Shown piece after piece: positions 25,053-39,019 of a stretch of DNA of 64,000 bases. A model generated the notes under the pieces. That model ran no database searches and was not told the DNA's origin. It was given only the letters and a program-made list of their open reading frames with translations. Source of the stretch: Octopus bimaculoides. Taxonomy: Eukaryota. The position numbers and the translations under genes were made by a program. Location: the NCBI RefSeq assembly GCF_001194135.2, contig NC_068987.1, positions 10,905,191-10,969,190 of the forward strand. The letters run 5' to 3'. The first letter of the stretch is position 1; the number at the start of each line of letters is the position of its first letter.

Positions 25053-25907
25053 TTATATGTGCACTTCTCTGCACATGTGCAGGTGTATGTTTATCTCCAG
25101 CATTAAAAATTACTGTTATCATAACAGGATGACCGTTCTGTCAGCGGTGCCAAATTGTCATCATCCTAAACAGCTCCAACCAACCGTCTCATTCCAGCAT
25201 CCATGACCCCTACTATTCAATGTGCTCTTCATCTTCCAAGACAGTAGGGTGTGATTTCTATTAGGCGAGTAACAAGTAACCACATAGAGTACCCCTTCCC
25301 TCTTTGGCTTGTATTGGTAGATTTCCACCTTTTCTAAGCATTATTATTGAGATTGTACCTTTAATTCTTTGCAATGATTCGGTCGACCCCCCCCCCCCCA
25401 AAAAAAAAATGGTGGCACATACAGACTTTGATTTTTTAATTTTAAATTTTACAACCATATCTAAAGTTGGTTGAGCTTTCAATTACAAAAATCAGGCTTT
25501 CATTTCTGTGATTTTTCCATTGTAAGCATCAGCTATTATTCTTAAGAATTTCATAGAAGGTCGTAATATTGAGGATTTTAAAGAATCGCCCAACCATTGC
25601 AAATGCATTCAATATAACTCTTAATTAAAATTTTAATTTAATTGTACATGTATTGATTATAAATGTTGGAAGAAGTAAATTCATTCTTAAGACTAAGAAC
25701 AAGAACAACTACTTTGTTATTAATTAACTTCTAAATAACAAAATCAGTTCAAATATTTGAAAGTTCTACAAGGCTGCAGAGATTAATAACGCTGCTTTGA
25801 TGGTTCTATACAGAAAATTACATGATATTAGAAATGTACTTAGTCTTGCTGTTATAATAATGTTTGAGAAATAATTTTCATTTTCTCTTTTTTTTTTTCT
25901 CTCACAG

Positions 25908-26204
25908 TTCCTTGCAAAATCATTCCCTCCACCATCTTTTTATTTATATCATATAAAATTGTCTCGTAATATTCAAAGTTTATTTCCATAGCTTATTATT
26001 TTTTTATTTTTATTTAAATAATTAACTCGTAGAGTCATGGCATTGTTCTTCTCCCGACAGTTTGGTTAACTTAACCATTTCAGACGTCTCATGGTTCGAG
26101 ACGCCATGTGAATTTTTGCTTATTAAGTTACCTACTGGAGATTGATTCTCAGACACTGCCTTCAAACATACATAGATTTAATGGTTCCATCATCGGAATT
26201 TATG
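25908..26204 (+). other. Candidate host-gene exon (mostly 5' UTR)
   Basis: Very strong acceptor ttttctctttttttttttctctcacag|, donor ATG|gtaaaa, SINE-poor context; no recognisable protein. Confidence 0.3.
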
Positions 26205-27554
26205 GTAAAAAACACAAAAAAAAATTTTTTTTTTTTTTTTAGAAAAAATCTAAAGAATATTTATTGCTAAAACAATAATACTACATTACACTACTGAAAT
26301 AAATTTTCTTACTTTTCACATATCTACTTTGTATTGATCATATAAGGTCGAAATAATCATTTCATGTTGTGTTCTTTAGTCATGCTTGCTTTAAAAGATA
26401 TAGCTTCTATTAAAAAAAACCCCACAAAAAAACTACTATTAGCTTTCTTTTCCGATCAGTATCGCTATTGGTAACATTTTATCTATTTTTTTTTTTTAAG
26501 TATGGCTATCTTAAACTATAAGGCTGTTCAGACAGGTTTGTGTGCTATAAAACAATTCTGTTAAGCTACATATACACTTTGCCTTTTTTATTTTTTAAAT
26601 AGACAAGCATTTACTTTTTGTCTGGTTGGTTTGAAATTTAAACGAATCTGGCATATCATTAGAGACCTTTCAATTATTTTGTTTTTATTAGCAACTTAAC
26701 TTGAGAAAAGGGATATCTTTGTAAATTTGTCTAGCATTAGTTTTTTCCCATGCTAGCATGGGTTAGTCAAGGATGTATTTGAGGTAAGGATTTCACAACT
26801 GGATGCTCTTCCAGTTTACCAACCAATACCTGTTGTTCAAGTAAGAGATTTCTTATTCCACAGGCCTTCAAAAGCACAGAGCAACCAGTCATAATGCCAA
26901 CAAAGAATGTCAATATATTACTGTTTCACTCATGTGATGACAGCACTTGTGCATATTTGCACACAGGAGTGGCTGTGTGGTAAGTAGCTTACTTACAAAC
27001 CACATGATTCTGGGTTCAGTCCCAGTGCGTGGCACCTTGGGCAAGTGTCTTCTATCATAGCCTCGGGCCAATCAAAGCCTTGTGAGTTGATTTGGTAGAT
27101 GGAAACTGAAAGGAGCCTGTTGTGTGTGTGTATATATATATATATAATAATAATAATATTAAGGTAAAAACTCAATTTAATTCAATTTATCAAAAATTTG
27201 AATTAAATTAAGTTTCAGAGTATATAATATATAAATATATAATTTAGAGAAAAGAACCACAATTCTTGAACTCATCCATGAAAATCCACAGTCACATACA
27301 GAAAAAATTAATAAGTAAATACACTAAAAAGACTTATAATAAAAATGCTAAGTAATTCAAAACTTAAGTTCTGAATTAAAATCTTCCACCAAACCTTAGT
27401 CACAATTTATGTTCCTAACACTAGGTAAATGATAACCAAGTTATTTTACTGAATTCTTTGTTATATTTAAAATTAATTGAAAGAAACACAGAGCGTCTCA
27501 ACAGAAATATGGTAACAAAAGGGTTAAAATATATAATAGAGAAACAATTCTTAA

Positions 27555-27775
27555 CCCTTTTGATACTAACCTGGCTGAAACTGTCTCTGGTTCTGTAGTA
27601 CAAATGTCTTGTTTTCATAAGTTCTGAATTAAAATCTTCCACCAAACCTTAGTCACAATTTATGTTCCTAACACTAGGTAAATGATAGCCAAGTTATTTT
27701 ACTGAATTCTTTGTTATATTTAAAGTAATCGAAAGAAACACAGAGCATTTCTAAATAAATATGGGAACGAAAGGG
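27555..27775. mobile_element. piggyBac-like MITE (TTAA|CCCTT...AAGGG|TTAA); partial tandem copy at 27366-27527
   Basis: TTAA at 27551-54 and 27776-79; about 160 bp duplicated upstream. Confidence 0.8.
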
Positions 27776-28376
27776 TTAAATCTGTTTTTTAAGTGTTGCA
27801 ATAATATGTATAATGATTTAAATGTGCAAAACTCTCCAACCCTTATCAGTATCTTAAGCTGAAATTAAAAACAAAAAAGAGTTAATGATGACAAGACATC
27901 GTTAAAATTCAGCAATAAGTTGAGATTATTCAGGATTTGAGATTTAGTCGTGATTTTAATGTGATACCCTGCTTATATCTTGAAAACGAAATGAAAAAGT
28001 AAATTAATTTTGCACTAATCTAGAGTAGAGAATCGTATCTTTTCTCATGTTTTTTAATCCTTTCTATTGTTTTGGTGCAGCTGTGTCATGTAAAACCGAT
28101 TCCAAATTCCTGGTGTTCGTCCTTTTTTTTTTCCAGCACTATTTCTTTCTCTCACTTCCCTGAAAAAAAAAAAAAACCCAACATATCAAGGATAACAATA
28201 TGATCAATGAATATTTGGAATATTTCCAAAGATTTTAGATTTGAGAATCTCTATCAAACATAAATCTGGAGACAATATGACATGCTCATATCACTGCAAC
28301 ACACAAATATCTAGTATATATATTGATGGATCATAGAAAATTGTTTCAGACACCAAGAATTTTAGTTTGCCATAAA

Positions 28377-28411
<35 letters not shown>

Positions 28412-29181
28412 TGTGAAAGGAAAAAAAATCTCTAGATTCACATTCTTTAGTGAATTATTGTGGTAATCCTACAATTCTAAATCAATGTTGTGGCTTTTTT
28501 TTATTTATGCAGAAAAAAAGTTTAAAACCCAAAAAAAACTCAGAAAAAAAAGCCATCTTATTTTAATGTAACATTTTTTCTTTGTAAACTTCTTTTTTTT
28601 TGTTTGTTTCCTCCTTCCTAATTTACATGAATTCTTTTCAGTACATTCAAGGGTATGAGGGTACTTCATTGTATTGTCCCCAATGTATTAATAACGCTTA
28701 GTTTAAACGACCTTGGAGGGATGAAAAGCAGAACCAAATCTGGCGAGACTTCAACTCAGAACTTTCATTAACGAAACTCGATATTTCACTTCTCTATTGT
28801 GTCTGCTATCTCAGACCCTTGGTCCTGCAGTCAGCATTGTATTGTTTGTAATTCTTTTCATGAAATCTTTATAGGATGCGGAAGTGTATTAAATTTCATC
28901 ATCATCATCATCACCATTATTATTATTATTAAAGGTGGTGGTGGTGGTGGGGAAACGGGCAGAATTGTTAGGATGCCTGACAAAATGTTTAGCAGCATTT
29001 TTACACTTTGCACTCTGAGTTCAAATTCTGCTGAGGTGGACTTTGCCTTTCAACTGACCTTTTGGAGTTGATATAATTGACTAGTTTCCTTCCACAAAAT
29101 TTCGGGCCTTGAACTCCTTATATTCTGAGTAGACCCTATGACAGACAATGGCTCAGGAAGGACCTTTGATTTATATATGCA

Positions 29182-29308
29182 CAGGGTGTCCACAAGGTCT
29201 GGGTACATGGAGTAAATAAAATCATAATATAAACGATTTAATATAAGAAATAATAATTTCTTAAAGTATGTGTTAATTCTCATGTACCCAGACTTTGTGG
29301 ACACCCTC
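29182..29308. mobile_element. Tc1/mariner-type MITE, monomer
   Basis: Same TIRs and body as 18915-19126. Confidence 0.85.
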
Positions 29309-29354
<46 letters not shown>

Positions 29355-29357
<3 letters not shown>

Positions 29358-29647
29358 CTCAACTCCATCAGTCACAAATGACCATGAGTGTATGTAACAG
29401 GTTCCCCTCTGGGGTACAAGTCTAGACGGAAAGTCGCCTCACTGGCGAGCACACAACCTAGGGATGTTTTTATGGAAGACCACCAGTCACCCATGTATAC
29501 CAGCCTCTCCTCTCCCCATGCCACCGATGTTATCCAAGGGAAAGGCAAAGGGGCCGATACAACTTGGCACCAGTGATGTCACAACTCATTTCTACAGCTG
29601 AGTGAACTGAAGCAACTTGAAAATAAAGTGTCTTGCTCAAGAACACA
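29355..29647 (-). mobile_element. CORE-like SINE fragment (family F), lacking its head
   Basis: Minus strand cttgagcaagacacttta...cagttcactcagctgtagaaatgagt resembles the MIR/CORE domain. Confidence 0.65.
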
Positions 29648-30377
29648 TTGTCTATTTTATTTTATTTTATTTTATTTTTATTTCTATTTTTACCGTTTCC
29701 TTGTTTTTCAAATCTTGCAAGATATGAATTTTTTTTTTTTAAATATAATTTCCTTTCCCAACATTTCATTCTAATTTCATAACTTTGTAGAAGGTTTTTG
29801 AAAGAAATTAGGTTATTGACCAAGAGTTCATGTACTGGAATGACACTGTTTCTATTCTGTTGTATGTGTCCTTACAGAAACACATTACTTGCTTCAGTTT
29901 ATCTGATTAGAAAAATAGGTGCTACTTTGGTATCCTGATCAATTATGAATGTCTGTCATTAAAAAAGAACTTGCTAAGCTAATTCTTATCAAATCAAGGA
30001 AGTAACAGAGCCAATATTCATCCCTAATTACTTCTGCCTTATTGAATGATGGAAAGAGAGTTATCTCATTCTCTTGAGACGTTGCTTCTCTATTGTAAGT
30101 AAGTTTTTATTGGAAGTCAGGAAAACCATCATTATTTCTACAGTACTTACAACTACTTATAATGGTAAATTAACCCTCTGTGACATCGACTTAGAATTAC
30201 TAGGGATTCTTTACCTGGTTGCTTGAATTACGAGAAATAGCAACCACATCTCTGTCAAATTGTTCATACTGCCTCGAAAAACCAATATGACACATTGCAG
30301 ATGTCTTAGAGACTGCTAAAAAGAATACAGGACGGTTCTGGCTGAAACACTGTTTGCTCATTGGCCTGGTCTGTCAG

Positions 30378-30810
30378 TTAGGGCTTGCTTCCCATCCATG
30401 TGGTTTTGGGTTCAGTCCCATTGCACAGCAACTTAGGCCAACCAAAGCCTCGCGAATGAATTTGGTAGAATGAATTTTTTCGATCAGTTAAAAAACCCAT
30501 TTGATGTGTGTTTGTGTGCAAGTGTGTGTGTGTGTATATCTATCTATCTATCTATATAATGTATATATATGTGTATGTTTGTGTTGTGCCCTTGTCTTGA
30601 CATCACATGATGGTTGTAAGTGAGTGTCATCATCATACAAGTAAGGTTATTCCTTTCCATTCTTCTGTGGAGAACATGTCTTCTGGCCATGGGGAGCTAT
30701 TACCTTGCTTGGAAACAAGAAGGGCATCCAGCTGTAGAAAATTTACCTCAACCAATTCCATCTGACCCATGCAAGCACGAAAAGTGGACGTTAAATGATA
30801 ATGATGTCAT
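30378..30810 (+). mobile_element. SINE family A2 (A-type head, microsatellite, RTE-like tail)
   Basis: Head gggttcagtcccattgc; tail gaagggcatccagctgtagaaa...ggacgttaaatgataatgatg. Confidence 0.8.
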
Positions 30811-30820
30811 ACACACATCA

Positions 30821-30861
<41 letters not shown>

Positions 30862-31449
30862 CTTTTCGATCAAACCTCTTGCCATTTAACATGGTGTCAC
30901 TTGATGACAATGTAACCTTCATTAGACTAAGGTATCTTTGGCCTGATGAATATCTAGTGGAGTACCGCTCATTGAATAATTACTACTTCTGAGGTTCTGC
31001 TAGGTAGGAAACATATGTAGCCTGGATTTTATCTACTCCATCCCCTAAATTTGGATATGTATGTTGTCCACAGTATAAAGATTAGAGCTACTAATAGTTT
31101 CTTGTTATGAAGACGTGTGGTTAGGTAAGGTTTTTTTATAATGCACTTTGTGTCTCTTAGCAATCTTCAGTTAACAAAACACTGAATAATATATCACACA
31201 CACACACACACACGTATATTACAAAAAGGAGAGATATTTTGATAGTTCTTTGATTTGGGAAATAGCTAAAGAGATATAATACTGAAATAAGTATTACCAG
31301 ATTTAGACAATTCTTGTGGCATTTCGAAAAGAAACACTTTTATCTTTTTACATTAAAAATCCAAAGTTCCAATATTCCAACCATACCTACTTTAGACACG
31401 GCTCATTTGCTTTCACTCAGATTTGGCCTGTGTCATATTGAAAAGCTAC

Positions 31450-31490
31450 CTGTACAGATGCATAATGCTTGCATCTCTGCGAAACACTAT
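31450..31490 (-). other. Candidate 41-nt internal exon
   Basis: Minus strand ctttccatttttcag|ATAGTG...GTACAG|gtagct; two open frames (IVFRRDASIMHLY or SVSQRCKHYASVQ). Confidence 0.25.
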
Positions 31491-32939
31491 CTGAAAAATG
31501 GAAAGCGTTATGTACTTTCGCTATATACCTCTTGACCTATTAAATTGATACTAAATTCTTTCATAAAACATTGATTTATGCTAGTTTTCTGAACTTTGGT
31601 ATTTCATTTGCAATTTTTGCTAAGATATTTCTAATAGTTCATCTGTAGCATCTCTTGGAATAGATATTTCTTTCCTAAATAGCATTAGAGTGATTTAAAC
31701 TAATATTCTTGGAAAAGGTCATATTAAGCACAATGATAGAGCAATAATTTAATACCTGAATCATCCGCTTATTTTTCTTGGTTTATTAAAAAATATATAA
31801 CAATGCTTTAAAAGACAGCTTATAGCTATAAGCTTGATGTAAGATTAAGAACATATTCCTGCACCTTCAGGCTATTACTGCCGTGTCCTTTGTTTTTGGT
31901 TTGTGTGTGTATCTTTCTTTTTATAACAATATGACAAGGACTCATTGATATGACAATTTTTATCTTCTCTTCCTCACTTAATTGCCTTCAACATGAGGAT
32001 AAAATCTTTAAATGAATTGACACACACACATATACATACATACATGCATACGTACATATATACATACATTTATAACTTTATATATATATGTATATATATA
32101 TATATATATATATANNNNNNNNNNNNNNNNNNNNNNNNNNNNNNNNNNNNNNNNNNNNNNNNNNNNNNNNNNNNNNNNNNNNNNNNNNNNNNNNNNNNNN
32201 NNNNNNNNNNNNNNNNNNNNNNNNNNNNNNNNNNNNNNNNNNNNNNNNNNNNNNNNNNNNNNNNNNNNNNNNNNNNNNNNNNNNNNNNNNNNNNNNNNNN
32301 NNNNNNNNNNNNNNNNNNNNNNNNNNNNNNNNNNNNNNNNNNNNNNNNNNNNNNNNNNNNNNNNNNNNNNNNNNNNNNNNNNNNNNNNNNNNNNNNNNNN
32401 NNNNNNNNNNNNNNNNNNNNNNNNNNNNAGAGAGAGAGAGAGAGAGAGAGAAAGCTAATTTATTTATCTTCCTTTTAGCAATTTCAAATTTAGTTGAATG
32501 ATTGAAGTCTTGGAGTTATTTGTTAAATTAAAAAAAAGAAAAATGGAAAATTTTATCGCTTTGTGCATTATCACATGTTAGCTTCATACGTCAACTAGAT
32601 TTAACTTGTTAGTCTGTTTGTAAGAAAGTATAAGACATATAATTGCTATGAAAATTATTTTGTTACATATTGAAAGTTAATACTTTCTTCATGTTGGTAT
32701 TATATCGTATTTCATGCATGTTTATACAATTAATATTTTTGCCTCATTGCTTCTCATTTTTTGCTTTATGCTCCAGCATTAAAGGCGGTCCTCCAGCATG
32801 GCCGCAGTCAAATGACTGAAACAAGTAAAAGAGTAATATATTCTTCCATAGTTTCTTTTGTCGATGTCATTGTCACCATCATAATTCTATGTCCACTTTT
32901 CCAAGCTGGTGTGGGTTAGATGAGTTGTCATAGTTTAAG

Positions 32940-33312
32940 TTATTACCTCCACATTTGCTAAGGCAGAGGTATTGTTGTCAGTTGTGTTTGTTTGTTTGTC
33001 CATGGACAAGATATCTCAAGAACTGCTGGATAGATTTGGATGAAACTTTTAGGGATGTTTGGCCTCATGACTGGCATGAACTGATTAAATTTTGGGATCG
33101 ATCTGGTACCGGTCAAGGATTCTGGATTATTTTCCTTTCATTTTTTTTTACTTAATTTTTAAGAGCGGTCAGATTCATTTTTAGTATTCTCGTTTGTGAG
33201 AGCAGTCGAGTTTATTTCAGATATTCTTATTTTAAAAATCATCTCCGGCTAATCGTTGAGAGGACATTTGTGTTGCCATGGCAGAGGTTTGTGCTCTCTG
33301 AGTGCTCTCGTT
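32940..33312 (+). mobile_element. Helentron-associated non-autonomous element (HINE/DINE-1-like)
   Basis: 5' ttattacctcc...ggcagaggtatt hairpin, 3' subterminal ggcagaggt plus gtgctctctgagtgc stem-loop and T-rich end; second copy at 42872-43211. Confidence 0.75.
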
Positions 33313-33933
33313 TCTTATTAAGAACTGCTGCTCACATGCATTGAGGTTCTCATGTATTATTTGGCTTGGTTTCTATGAATAGATGCCTTTCCTATTGCCA
33401 ACCAGTTTACAGAGATTTACAAACAGTTTGCTTGTGCAAGTGCTGCCAACCGAAAGCCCCACATACAAATGTAAGTAGGTTTCAAGGCCCAGCATACCAT
33501 TTTTTGGAGTGGGTGGGGCAGGGTTTCTTGATAGGTTTATAACACATTAATCCTTCACACCGATGTGAGGCCCCGCCTACTGGATGAGCTAACTTCTCTT
33601 TAACCATCTTCTCATGGCACCCACACAAGGGAGTTTGATAGGCCCTCAAAAGGACATGACTAACAGGACCTCACACACCTACAGTTTCCCTTCTCATTAG
33701 TCCTCCTCGTTATGGTGTACATCAGGTACATTTTTTAGAGCATCAACACTTGTGGGTTTGGCTTTCAACCGTGGCATGAGCACAGGAAGAGAGTGCTTTG
33801 TACACCGTTAAATGCAGAGACTACTTAGTAATCTAAGATGTAGACCAAAGAGGACAATTACTGCGGAAAGGCTTGAAATTGGAGGTTAGGAAGAACAAGG
33901 GTGGAAGTGTAGAAAATGCTCCATAATCTAGAG

Positions 33934-34220
33934 CAATGGTTCTCAATTAGGGGTCCATATGACCCTTAGGGGTCCATATAAGATTTTGTTGTTAAAAATT
34001 TGTGCTATAAGTTGATTATGATTCTACAATTCACAAAATATTTTAACAATTTTTTATATAGTCCTCTAATGATATTTAATTATAAACATCCAATAAGATT
34101 TTTTTAAATATTGGCTATAAGGGTCCAATAAGATTTTAAAAAATAATGGCTATAAGGGTCCACCTGAGTAAAATAGAAATCAAAGGGGTCCTTAGAAAAA
34201 AAAATGGTTGAGAAACACTG
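33934..34220. mobile_element. hAT (Charlie-like) MITE
   Basis: TIRs caatggttctcaa / ttgagaaacactg; exact 8-bp TSD atctagag at 33926-33933 and 34221-34228. Confidence 0.93.
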
Positions 34221-34427
34221 ATCTAGAGCATGTACATATGCTCTCTGGGCCAAGGAGGGGAATGTTCCATTTGTAATTCTTCCATCAAAAATGCATAGTC
34301 TAAGGATGCAATAGTTACACGGCATTGTGTACCTACAACATCCTTTGGTCGATAACCTGAAGGTGTCTGCCTTCTCTTCGCATACGGTTGGCTGTTAGTT
34401 TCTCTGTGGTATGATTAGCTGTTGGAT

Positions 34428-34630
34428 TCATCATCATCATCATTGTCAGTTAATGTCCATTTTCCATGCTGGCATGGGTTAGATAGCTTGACAGGAGCTG
34501 GCAAGACCAGGGGCTCACACCAAGTTCCACAGTCTGTTTTGGCTTGGTTTCTATGGCTGGATGCCCTTCATAATACCAACCACTTTACAGAATGTATTGG
34601 GTGCTTTTTATGTGGCACCAGCACCAGTGT
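34428..34630 (-). mobile_element. Older RTE-type 3' end
   Basis: (CAT)n tail, ccatgctggcatgggtt and ggatgccctt motifs. Confidence 0.75.
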
Positions 34631-36212
34631 GTTTCAGTATGCCTCCGCCACCATTTGATATTTAATATTGGTTTGTTTACATCCTTGTAGCTTAGCAGTT
34701 TAGCAGAAAAAAAAAAATGAGACTGATAAAGTAAGCAGCAGACTTTTTTAAAAATGAGTACTGGGGTGGGGGTTCGGTTTGTTCCACTAAAACCCTTCAG
34801 AGCAGTACCCCAGCATAGCTGCAGTCCAATAACTGAACCAAATAAAAGACAAAGATCTTCATTAAAATCTCGAGTATTGAATTGAAACTAACATGATGTT
34901 TTTATGTTATGTAAGGGTGATGATAATGGTGGTAGTGGTGGTGGTAGGGGTGGGGGTGACAAATCTGCTTTAATAGGAGTTTAGCATCCTATTCATTGGG
35001 AAGCACGCTTCTTGTAATTCAACGTGTAATCTGAGATAAGCCGACAACTTTGAGTCGAAAACCTGATGTATGTAAAACGAAAATTTAAGTTAAACCAATG
35101 ACCTTCAGGTCAGCATTCTAATACTTGAACCACTTAACCACATTTTTTATGACTGCACAACTAATTGATACTGTAATCACTAGTGCTTATCAGATTACTA
35201 AAAGTTAAGACAGAAACATAGGTAGGCACATAATTAAATGACCATTTGAGAAACATAATCTGAAGGGCTGTCAGTAGCTGTAACTCTTAACCTACTTGGG
35301 ATTGAGTGAGCAGAGACTGAACAAAACTCATGCAGTGTTTCATGCTTTTCTTGCATTTACTAAATATCATTTCTTTGCCAGGTGTACTTTGTCTATTACA
35401 AGAGTCTGATACGCATTAGTTTGTCTTTAACTCTCAAGAGCATAGCTTCTATTCGTATTTATTAACCGCTGTGAAAAATAAGTAACTGAATTTGCCTGTT
35501 AATAAGGAGCCTTAAAACCAAGTAGTCAAGTACTTAGTAGGGAGTCAAAACCTACTTAGTTACGTTTTGGAGTATCTGTTGGCTCTTGGGAGGAAGATAG
35601 GTTTTTCTTGTCTCCTTTAAGCAAAGTTTAAACTGAAATACTTGTAGCAGAAGTAACTGTAGATGATTCTGCATAGCATGTACCAACTTATGTAGTGAAG
35701 GAGATCTTGGAAGATGGGAGAGAGGGTACAGATGATTTTTCTTGAAATGAATAATGCTTCTATTTATTTATTTATTTATTTATTTATTGGAATCATTAAA
35801 TATTGCCAGATGTTACAGTAATTGTTGCTTCAGAAATATTGTTCAATTTACCACTCTAGAGTAGTTTAGGTTTTGCAGCATGTGACCGACATTGAGACGG
35901 GTTTCCCAAATATTTGTCGATCTCGGTAACCAGATATAAGGTTTAAAAAAAACAACAAATTTTTTTGCTGTTCCCAGAACTTGGCAGCACCATTATTTAG
36001 TGAAACTGAATTCTCAACCAAGCAGAAAGTGGATAGTATCTTAATATATAAAATACTAAGTCACATGTTATTTTATTTATTTATTTATTTATTCATGTTT
36101 GGTTGCTTAGTTGGTTCCTTCTTTCTGTCTCACTGTAAGGAGAAAGTAGTGGCTATGCTGAGAGAGGTGAGATAGAGAGATAGAGAGAGAAAGTATTATA
36201 AGGAGCAGTAGG

Positions 36213-36442
36213 TTAACCATTTTGTTACTATATTTGTTGAAATTCACTGCCCTTGTTTCAATTCATTTTGAAAATAATGAAGAATTTAGTAAAATAACGT
36301 TGTCCTTATTCAGATGGTGTTTTTAGAACATGAATTAACATGAAATTTTGATGGTGGGTTTTAATTTAGATCATTTTAAGACAGGAAATTTGAATCATAG
36401 AGCCATAGACTGTTTCAAGTAGGTTGGTATCAAAAGGGCTAA
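36213..36442. mobile_element. Diverged piggyBac-like MITE, inverted relative of 27555-27775
   Basis: ttaaccattttgttactatattt...ggtatcaaaagggctaa. Confidence 0.65.
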
Positions 36443-36760
36443 ACAGATAAATAGATAGGTGGAAGATGAAAGTCAATACTGGTAGGGATGTAGAAAAAAG
36501 GAAGAGATAGTGTGTGTAAGAGAGTTGTGGACAGAAAATAAAGCTTTACAATCGAGAGAGAAAATTAGGTAACATGATAAAATAACAGGTATAGAGAATG
36601 AGTGAATGGGGGAGAGAGAGAGAAATTTCTATATGATATTAAAGTGGAAGAGTGTCATTGGAAATTAAGAGTTGGGGGAGAATTTGGTTGAGAGAAAAAA
36701 GAAAGGGATTTAATACAGTTTCTGAAGTCTAAAAGTAATTTTTCTATTAAAAAAAAAAAG

Positions 36761-36809
<49 letters not shown>

Positions 36810-37147
36810 GTACATAGGTACATGGTCAGACCTCTTAGAATAAAGCATTGTGGGTGTCACTATGAAACTGACAAAAATATTTTTGTTTCACAAACTTCAA
36901 GCTTTTTAGCAAAACAGAGAGAGGGGGGAGGAGAGTGGGGCAAGAGGAAATAATGAAGTATGTGAGTTAATATCAGTAATGAGTGGAGGTTAAAAAATAT
37001 AACTGAAAGAAGACAAAATGAAACACGAGAAGAAAATGGGACCAGGTTAGAAACAAACAGAATGACTGAAAAGAGGTGTCAATAATCCCATCGATTTTGA
37101 CAGGTACTGTGCCACTCATTATATAAAGATATACAATGGAAAGTACT

Positions 37148-37348
37148 TACTGTATTTAGTGGGATTTAAAAAGGTCCACAGGTATGTTAGGTGGACCCAA
37201 ATTTCAGCTGCTCGTTTTTGGGAAAAATTGTTTTTAGTGCATGAAAACATGTAACATAGGCTCAATGCTGGATATAGGGTCTGGAGTGATATTTTGTGAG
37301 ATACCTTTTGGGGGAAAAAAGTGCATCTTATATGCCATGAAATACAGT
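37148..37348. mobile_element. Old pogo/Tc1-type non-autonomous element
   Basis: Ends tactgtattt / aaatacagt with subterminal gtgcatcttata. Confidence 0.45.
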
Positions 37349-38024
37349 GCCGCAAAGGCAAATGTAAGAGGAATTGAAAAGAAACTGTAAAGCCAGATTT
37401 CAGAATATTAGATTTCATTGGACAAATGACACTAGACTGGAATATTTTGAAACCTGGTGTAATATAGTCTATGTTTTGTAACCCATGGCTTCACAAAAAT
37501 AAATGAATAAACAAGTAAAAGCCACGATGATGGTGGTGATGAACTTAACTTCACCAGAGATACTATATTATTTCATTTTTGAAACATGCCCTTCTGTCTG
37601 TAGCCTGTATACATTTACCAATTCTATCATTGTATGAATGTAATAAGCAGTTTATATTTTTCTGATTGTCTTGAAACAACTGTTTGTTGTTATTATCTAG
37701 TAAAACAAAAAGCCGTCTAGACAGGCAAGCAGATAAATCAATGCAGCCTCTTGATAATGCCAGAGACAATTGTAGTTTGATTGCATATGTCTAATCATTT
37801 TTGATGTCAAAAAGCTAACAATAACTACCTTCCTCTCCCTCCCCTACCCCTCCCCTCGAACCACAGAAGACTAGGAAACTAACTGATTTTCGTTCAGAAA
37901 TTGGATGAACGTTATGCATAAAATTTTAAAATTTGTTCATTATTATTTTTCATGAAATGCCAGGTCTCAAATATGATTTATATATGTAATTAGAGACACT
38001 CTTCTCCATTGTTTTCTACAAGTA

Positions 38025-38055
<31 letters not shown>

Positions 38056-38264
38056 AGTGCTTTGATATAGTTTGCCCATGATTAAAATCATACAAATAGT
38101 ATTGTGAATTATTCTGTGTTTGTGAATGTTGGGTGGGGGGGAACTCCATCTGATCTATTGGTGGTTTAATTTTTGTGTGTGTGTGAGTGTGTGAGGATGG
38201 AATCGGTTGACTAGCAATTAAATCTACATTAAGTACTGGGTCACATGATGCTTTTTCTACTTCA

Positions 38265-38738
38265 ACTTTTTCTTTTTCTTTTATTTGTTTCAGTCATTTG
38301 ACTACGGCCATGCTGTAGCACCGCCTTTAGTCGAACAAATTGACCCCACGACTTACTCTTTGTAAGCTTAGTAGTTATTCTATTGGTCTCTTTTGCCGAA
38401 CCGCTAATTGATGGGGACGTAAACACACCAGCATCGATTGTCAAGCGATGTTGGAGGGACAAACACACACACAAACATACATATACATACATANNNNNNN
38501 NNNNNNNNNNNNNNNNNNNNNNNNNNNNNNNNNNNNNNNNNNNNNNNNNNNNNNNNNNNNNNNNNNNNNNNNNNNNNNNNNNNNNNNNNNNNNNNNNNNN
38601 NNNNNNNNNNNNNNNNNNNNNNNNNNNNNNNNNNNNNNNNNNNNNNNNNNNNNNNNNNTATATATATATATATATATATATACACGATGGGCTTCTTTCA
38701 GGTTCCATCTTCCAAATCCACTCACAAGGCTTTGGTCC
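38265..38738 (-). mobile_element. SINE family A, head truncated, spans a gap
   Basis: Tail and body match family A. Confidence 0.88.
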
Positions 38739-38747
38739 TCTTAGGAA

Positions 38748-38985
38748 AACAAATATAGATGGGCTGGCCACATCATGCGGCTGAGGGGCAGTAAGTAGAT
38801 GGACAATCAGGTGGATGAAATGTACACCAAGACTATGGACAAGATCAAGAAGTTGACCAAAGACAAGACAGCGAGATGATCTCACCCACTACCTGGGGCC
38901 TACATGGCTACAACTGGCCAGAGACAGCTAGTGGTAGGAGTCCAGGAAGAGTTTCTCCTTCAGGAGTAATAAAGTCCTGGATAAA
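38748..38985 (+). pseudogene. RTE ORF2 C-terminal fragment (second lineage)
   Basis: KYRWAGHIMRL, then frameshifted TPRLWTRSRS*PKTR..DDLTHYLGPTWLQLARD, matching the RTE RWAGH...R..GRP..RW.DD...W...A.DR pattern. Confidence 0.75.
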
Positions 38986-39019
38986 GACGAGGATGAAACA
39001 CATACACACGCACACACAC

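Noticed and set aside
28075-28165. Strong minus-strand acceptor (t14-cag) followed by GGAA|gtgaga
   Set aside because: Poly-A tracts create such acceptors by chance, and a 4-nt exon is not frame-preserving.
37563-37769. 68-aa minus ORF in unique sequence
   Set aside because: No convincing splice sites or recognisable domain.
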